Shown in pieces: positions 24,030 to 28,964 of a DNA stretch of 28,964 nucleotides. How positions within the stretch are numbered: position 1 is the stretch's first letter; every line of letters starts with the position of its first letter. The notes beneath the pieces are model-generated. The model was not told the DNA's origin, did not search any database, and saw only the letters and a program-made list of their open reading frames with translations. Origin of the DNA: a virus (Duplodnaviria; Caudoviricetes); IMG/VR virus record IMGVR_UViG_3300025608_000003, positions 1 to 28,964 of that record; one strand, given 5' to 3'. The position numbers were made by a program, and so were the translations under genes.

Positions 24030-24545
24030 TTGTTGAAAACAGAAACCATCAAGTACGATGACCTGAAGTTTGCTATCGCTCGGGCTAAGCAACTTGATCC
24101 CAAGTTGAAAACAAGGATGCAACGGAAGCTCCGCACAGACTTGCGCCCTATGGCTGACCGGATCGCGGATGCGGTTCCTAAGACTGGGCCGTTATCCAAG
24201 ATGACCCCGCGTTGGGGGCAGGCTCAAGCGAAGGTGACTACCGCACCTGGGGCTAGGGCTGGGCGTGCGATTGTTATGATTGCCGTGTCCGGGCCGGGCT
24301 TCGCTAGGTTGCTTTCTATCACGGAGCGTGCCGGTTCTAGGACTGACGGTTACACGCCTTCCGGTAAGGCGATGATCAAGGGGCCGAGCGGTAAAGGTTT
24401 GCAGGATCGCTACCCGTTGGTGGGCCGTGGTGGCCGATTTATTTGGAAGGCTTTTCTCAAGGAACTGCCTGAGCTCAACGATATTTCTGTTGAGATTGTC
24501 AATGACTTCGTTGAAGAAGTGAACGATATGTCGTGGGGTAGATAA
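24030..24545 (+). CDS. Basic neck/tail-completion protein (HK97 gp10-like)
   Basis: GGAG before TTG 24030; GRFIWKAF C-terminal motif. Start uncertain. Confidence 0.6.
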   Translation: MLKTETIKYDDLKFAIARAKQLDPKLKTRMQRKLRTDLRPMADRIADAVPKTGPLSKMTPRWGQAQAKVTTAPGARAGRAIVMIAVSGPGFARLLSITERAGSRTDGYTPSGKAMIKGPSGKGLQDRYPLVGRGGRFIWKAFLKELPELNDISVEIVNDFVEEVNDMSWGR

Positions 24546-26680
24546 TGGCTAAGCCGATCCGGATACCGATTACCTTCACTTCTGACCCGAAGGCAATCAA
24601 GAAAACACAAAAGCAGTTAGCCGACTTCGGCAAGCAGGCCGGGAAGATCGTTGCCGGTGTTGGTGTTGCGGTTGCCGGTTTGGGCGCGGTTTCGGTAAAA
24701 GCTTTCGCGGAGTTCGATGCTGCGATGGTGAAGTCCACCGCCATCATGGGGGATGTTTCCGATGCGATGAAGGGGGAGATGTCGGATGCTGCCCGTGAGG
24801 TGGCTAAGGCAACCACGTTCTCTGCTGCTCAGGCTGCCGAATCGTTCTTCTTCCTAGCTTCCGCAGGTTTGGATGCGGAGCAATCCATTGCTGCGATGCC
24901 GAAGGTGGCTAATTTTGCCCAAGCGGGCATGTTCGATATGGCGTTGGCTACCGATCTGCTTACGGATGCCCAGTCTGCGCTTGGCTTGTCTGTTGATGAT
25001 ACGCAACAGAACATGGAGAATATGGCTAGGGTTTCCGACACCCTGGTTCGCGCTAACGTGCTGGCTAACGCTTCGGTGCAACAGTTCTCAGAGGCGCTCA
25101 CTAACAAGGCTGGTGCAGCCCTCAAGGCTTTGGGTAAGGATGTTGAGGAAGGTGTCGCGGTTCTTGCTGCGTTCGCTGATCAGGGCATCAAGGGCGATTA
25201 CGCGGGCACCCAGTTGGGGATCGTTCTCCGGGATCTGACTACCAAGTCAATCAAGAATACTGATGCGTTCCGCGCTATGGGTATTCAGGTGTTCGATTCC
25301 ACCGGCGACATGAACAACATGGCCGATATCATCGGTGACCTTGAGGGTGCGCTTGCGGGCATGTCGGATGAAACCCAGAAGGCTACGCTGCTTCAGTTGG
25401 GCTTCTCGGATAAATCTTTGGCTTCCCTTCAGGCTTTGCTCGGGACTTCTGATGCTATCCGCGAGTACGAAACCGAGTTGCGTAACGCCGGTGGCACGAC
25501 GGATGAGGTGGCCCAGAACCAGCTAACCAGTTTCTCCGCCCAACTTGATTTGATGAAGTCCAAGTTCGCGGATATCGGTATCGAGATTGGTTCTAGGCTT
25601 GCCCCCGCGCTGTCTAGTTTCGTGGGTTCGATGGATCCGATCATAGCTCAACTAACCCCTGTCCTGGTTGCTTTATTTGAGGCGCTCCTGCCGGTGTTCG
25701 AGGAGGTTATGGCAGAGATGCCTGCGCTTATCGAAGCGCTTACGCCTATCATTCCCGCGTTCGGTGACATAACTGCGGTGATTTTGGAACTTGCTAATGA
25801 AACTTTGCCGATCTTGACGGGGGCGCTAGAAAGTGTTGTGCCGTTCGTGACGGGCCTCACGGGTTTCTTCGCCGAGAACGGTGAGGTTACGATGGCGGTC
25901 ATCGTGATCGTGGGTGGTTTCATAGCTGCGCTACAAGTTTTGAACGTGGTTGCCGGGATCGCTACGGCGGTTCAGCTCGGTTTGGGTGCCGCGATGGGTA
26001 TAGCTTTCGGTGCGATTGGTCTTGTGATCGCTGCGGTTGTGGCTCTGACTGCCGGGCTAATTTACTTCTTTGGGTTTACGGAAACCGGTCAGGTAATGTG
26101 GGGCAAGTTTGTCCGTTACCTGAAGCAGACTTGGGTTGATTTTGCCAATGCGAACAATGTGGTAATCAACGCCGTGATCACCGGTTTCGAGTTCATGATC
26201 AACAAGGCGATTGAGGGATTGAACTGGTTGGCTAGGCAGGCGAATAAGATCCTGCCTGAAAACGCACAGATTGACATGGTTGCCAAAATACGCTTCGAGC
26301 GCGTGAACATGCTTGAAGATATCGTGAACTTTGACGACATGGTGTTTACGCCTAAGAATGTCACAGGCGGGCCGGGCAGCTTCGCGCAAGACGATACGGA
26401 ACGCTTGATGCGCCGATTCGATGGTGGTGGTACCGGTAGCGGGCAGGGCATGTCGGCTTTCGCCCCGCCCCTTATGCCTTCCCTGCTTGGTAACGTGCCC
26501 CAGAACTTTACTTACGACGGTTTGGGTTCCGCTGGGTTCGGCACCCCGGTTTCTAATGCGACTACTAACAACATTACGGTGAACCAGGGGATTCTTGCTG
26601 GGGTTGGCACAAGCGAGGCTGAGGCCGGTAAGGTGATCCAGCAGTATCTGAACGCTTACGGGCGTTCCGGCGGTAGGTAA
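24545..26680 (+). CDS. Tape measure protein (TP901-like core)
   Basis: TTFSAAQAAES..LASAG motif and AGTQL; long Ala-rich helical protein with a hydrophobic segment. Confidence 0.95.
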   Translation: MAKPIRIPITFTSDPKAIKKTQKQLADFGKQAGKIVAGVGVAVAGLGAVSVKAFAEFDAAMVKSTAIMGDVSDAMKGEMSDAAREVAKATTFSAAQAAESFFFLASAGLDAEQSIAAMPKVANFAQAGMFDMALATDLLTDAQSALGLSVDDTQQNMENMARVSDTLVRANVLANASVQQFSEALTNKAGAALKALGKDVEEGVAVLAAFADQGIKGDYAGTQLGIVLRDLTTKSIKNTDAFRAMGIQVFDSTGDMNNMADIIGDLEGALAGMSDETQKATLLQLGFSDKSLASLQALLGTSDAIREYETELRNAGGTTDEVAQNQLTSFSAQLDLMKSKFADIGIEIGSRLAPALSSFVGSMDPIIAQLTPVLVALFEALLPVFEEVMAEMPALIEALTPIIPAFGDITAVILELANETLPILTGALESVVPFVTGLTGFFAENGEVTMAVIVIVGGFIAALQVLNVVAGIATAVQLGLGAAMGIAFGAIGLVIAAVVALTAGLIYFFGFTETGQVMWGKFVRYLKQTWVDFANANNVVINAVITGFEFMINKAIEGLNWLARQANKILPENAQIDMVAKIRFERVNMLEDIVNFDDMVFTPKNVTGGPGSFAQDDTERLMRRFDGGGTGSGQGMSAFAPPLMPSLLGNVPQNFTYDGLGSAGFGTPVSNATTNNITVNQGILAGVGTSEAEAGKVIQQYLNAYGRSGGR

Positions 26681-27870
26681 TGGCTACCGTAGTTGAGTTA
26701 GGGCTACTCGGTGGGTTCACCCTCGATGATCCCGTAGGTGGTGTTCTGGATAACACAGAGTACCTGCTGGGCGGTGTCACCTTCGGGGATATTAGTGACA
26801 AGATGATCACGATACGCACGACCCGTGGCAAGAACCGTGACCTTGACGTGTTCGATACGGGGCGTACCACGATCCGGTTGAACAATGATGACCGTAGCTT
26901 CGACCCTAACTACCCAAGCTCCCCTTACGCCGGGAATATTATCCCCCGTAGGCCCGTCAGAATCACCACCGATGGTGTGCGTATTTTTACGGGTAGCATT
27001 GACGACTGGAACTTTGACTACAACCCTGGGGGCGGTTCCCTCGCGGAGATCGTAGCTTCCGATGACTTTACTTTCCTTGCCCGTCAGGAGCTGAAGCCGG
27101 GTACTGCCACCCCCGAGCTGACCGGTGACCGTGTTGCCGCTGTCCTGGATATGGATACCGTTGCTTGGGATCCTGACCGGCGCAGTATTGACACAGGCCA
27201 ATCAACTTTGGGTGCCGACACTTTCGATGGCAATGTTTTGGATTACCTGCAACTCGTTGAGCGCTCAGAGCAGGGGCAACTATTTATTGCTAAGAACGGT
27301 GACCTGACTTTCCGGGATCGCCTCGATGCAACACCCTCAAGCGGTTCCGTGACCACGTTCGCTGACGATGGCACCGGGATCCCTTATACGCATGTGAACG
27401 TGAACTACGGCACAGAGTTGCTGTTCAACCAGGCAACAGTTACTTCCGCCGTGGGATCCGCAACCGCTATCAACGAGTTCTCGCAAATCCAGTACGGGAT
27501 CGCTGCCACCGAGGTGGAAACTTTGGTGAACAGTCAAGCACAGTTGGATAACATAGCCGACTTCACCGTACAAAAATATGCTGAACCGGAATACCGCTTC
27601 GCCGGTGTTTCAATGAACCTAGACACAATGAGCGCCCCGAACCTAGCTTCTGTGCTTGCGTTAGAACTAGGCGATGTCGTGCTGATCAAGTTCACCCCGA
27701 ACAATATCGGTGACCCCATCGAACAGTATGGTCAAATCATTTCCCTGGACAACGCTATCGAGGGCAAACGGCATGATATAACTATTGGTGTTACGGCACT
27801 CGACTGGGCGTTCCTGGTCTTGGATGATGCTTTGTTTGGTATCATGGACAATAACAACTTGGCTTTCTAA
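26680..27870 (+). CDS. Minor tail/hub protein
   Basis: Directly after the TMP; VERSEQGQLFIAKNGDLTFRDR motif. Confidence 0.8.
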   Translation: MATVVELGLLGGFTLDDPVGGVLDNTEYLLGGVTFGDISDKMITIRTTRGKNRDLDVFDTGRTTIRLNNDDRSFDPNYPSSPYAGNIIPRRPVRITTDGVRIFTGSIDDWNFDYNPGGGSLAEIVASDDFTFLARQELKPGTATPELTGDRVAAVLDMDTVAWDPDRRSIDTGQSTLGADTFDGNVLDYLQLVERSEQGQLFIAKNGDLTFRDRLDATPSSGSVTTFADDGTGIPYTHVNVNYGTELLFNQATVTSAVGSATAINEFSQIQYGIAATEVETLVNSQAQLDNIADFTVQKYAEPEYRFAGVSMNLDTMSAPNLASVLALELGDVVLIKFTPNNIGDPIEQYGQIISLDNAIEGKRHDITIGVTALDWAFLVLDDALFGIMDNNNLAF

Positions 27871-27878
27871 GGATAATT

Positions 27879-28142
27879 ATGGCTGGCGCTGGATACCGCA
27901 CTTTCGCAGCAGGGGAAGTTCTTACCGCTACGAACGTGCAAGGCTACTTGATGGATCAGGCCATCGCCGTGTTTGCCAATGCTACGGCCCGTGATGCAGC
28001 GATCACTTCTCCGACAGAAGGTCAGCATTGTTTCCTTAGCGACACGGATGCGTTGCAGTTCTATACTGGATCCGCGTGGGTTGCTGCTGGCGGTGCCGGT
28101 GGCGGAGGCTTTGAAACCAACTTTCTACTCATGGGAGCATAA
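27879..28142 (+). CDS. Minor tail protein
   Basis: TFAAGEVLTA..FANATARDAAITSPTEG motif. Confidence 0.75.
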   Translation: MAGAGYRTFAAGEVLTATNVQGYLMDQAIAVFANATARDAAITSPTEGQHCFLSDTDALQFYTGSAWVAAGGAGGGGFETNFLLMGA

Positions 28143-28145
28143 CGA

Positions 28146-28481
28146 ATGGCAACATCATATAAATCACTCGGTCAGCTCGACCTGACCACGACCTCGCTGA
28201 CTGACCTTTACACGGTTCCGTCGAGCACGGAAACTGTTGTGTCTACGGTGATCATTGCTAACCGTAGTGCGAGCGCGAGCACGTTCCGGTTAGCTATCCG
28301 TGTGGATGGGGATGCTATCTCGAACCAGCATTACATTGCTTACGATGTTCCTGTGGCTGCGAATGACTCGACGACTTTGACTCTGGGTATCACGATGGTT
28401 GCTACGGATGTTATGACTGTTTCGGCGGGTGATGCTAACGCGCTCAGCATCAATGCTTTCGGTGCTGAAGTAGCCGTCTAA
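28146..28481 (+). CDS. Virion-associated beta-sandwich protein
   Basis: LYTVPSST.TVVSTV..YIAYD motif; in the tail module. Confidence 0.7.
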   Translation: MATSYKSLGQLDLTTTSLTDLYTVPSSTETVVSTVIIANRSASASTFRLAIRVDGDAISNQHYIAYDVPVAANDSTTLTLGITMVATDVMTVSAGDANALSINAFGAEVAV

Positions 28482-28492
28482 GGGGGTAACTG

Positions 28493-28964
28493 ATGGCTGT
28501 TACTTCTATGGCGAACAGTTCGATTGCGGACTTCAATAAATATAACAATATGTCTGGGCGATTCGCAGAATTGCTAACTTTGGAATACCTGGTTGTCGCG
28601 GGCGGTGGTGGCGGTGGTAAGACTGCCGCCGGTGGTGGCGGTGGTGGCGGTTATCGTTCTTCTGTCGTAGGCGAGGTGTCCGGTGGGAATAGTAACCCTG
28701 AGCCTGTTGTAGATTTTACGCTTAGCAGTAGCTTTACCGTGACGGTTGGTGCCGGTGGCGCAGGTGGAACTGTTAATCAGGGAAGTAACGGGGCTAACTC
28801 CGTTTTTGGTTCTATCACTTCGCTGGGTGGCGGTGGTGGTGGCGGTCTTTCAGGCGGCAACGCTACGGCTTCGGGCGGTTCGGGTGGCGGTGGCGCATAC
28901 GCTAGCGGTTCCGGTGGTTCCGGCGCGACTGGTCAAGGTTTTGACGGTGGTGACGGTGCCGCTA
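28493..28964 (+). CDS. N-terminal part of glycine-rich tail fibre (continues at position 128 after the overlap)
   Basis: AAGGGGG RBS; EYLVVAGGGGGG and TVTVGAGGAGG motifs; open to the window end. Confidence 0.85.
   Translation, partial: MAVTSMANSSIADFNKYNNMSGRFAELLTLEYLVVAGGGGGGKTAAGGGGGGGYRSSVVGEVSGGNSNPEPVVDFTLSSSFTVTVGAGGAGGTVNQGSNGANSVFGSITSLGGGGGGGLSGGNATASGGSGGGGAYASGSGGSGATGQGFDGGDGAA
28838..28964. repeat. Terminal direct repeat copy 2 (circular-assembly overlap)
   Basis: Identical to 1-127. Confidence 0.95.

Noticed and set aside
14766-27719. Many long antisense ORFs over structural genes (e.g. 16355-16939, 20895-21398, 26704-27201)
   Set aside because: They fully overlap well-supported + strand genes and lack recognisable motifs, as expected in GC-rich coding DNA.
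28493-28964. GGTGGCGGT repeats as a tandem array, CRISPR or DGR
   Set aside because: They are explained by poly-Gly coding. There are no spacers, no reverse transcriptase and no TR/VR pair.
1-28964. Stop-codon reassignment, suggested by frequent CTAG/TAG
   Set aside because: Conserved genes are full length in the standard code, and TAA, TGA and TAG all serve as stops.

Overview
This window is an apparently complete, circularly assembled small siphovirus genome of about 28,837 bp. The first and last 127 nt are identical, which is an assembly overlap. It has an HK97-type head (terS, terL, portal, protease, MCP), a non-contractile tail module with a -1 frameshifted chaperone, and an M23 endolysin with several holin-like genes. 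There is a leftward early operon and a rightward recombination/replication block (YqaJ exonuclease, annealase, RusA, an initiator with internal iterons, SSB, metallophosphoesterase). I see no integrase, polymerase, tRNA or CRISPR. An actinobacterial host is inferred from the r1t holin, the actinobacterial-type LexA domain and TANNNT leaderless promoters. Highlights: (1) a ParB + TET/JBP dioxygenase + TET-associated glycosyltransferase cassette with no methyltransferase, next to the packaging genes, a candidate base-J-like DNA hypermodification; (2) two terminator hairpins whose loops are anti-Shine-Dalgarno sequences complementary to the phage's own early-gene RBSs, one with its own promoter (candidate sRNA); (3) a shared promoter/operator driving two leftward units about 16.7 kb apart; (4) a stand-alone LexA DNA-binding domain and an unannotated 29-aa CxxC peptide. 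All calls come from reading motifs by eye; no database searches were run.
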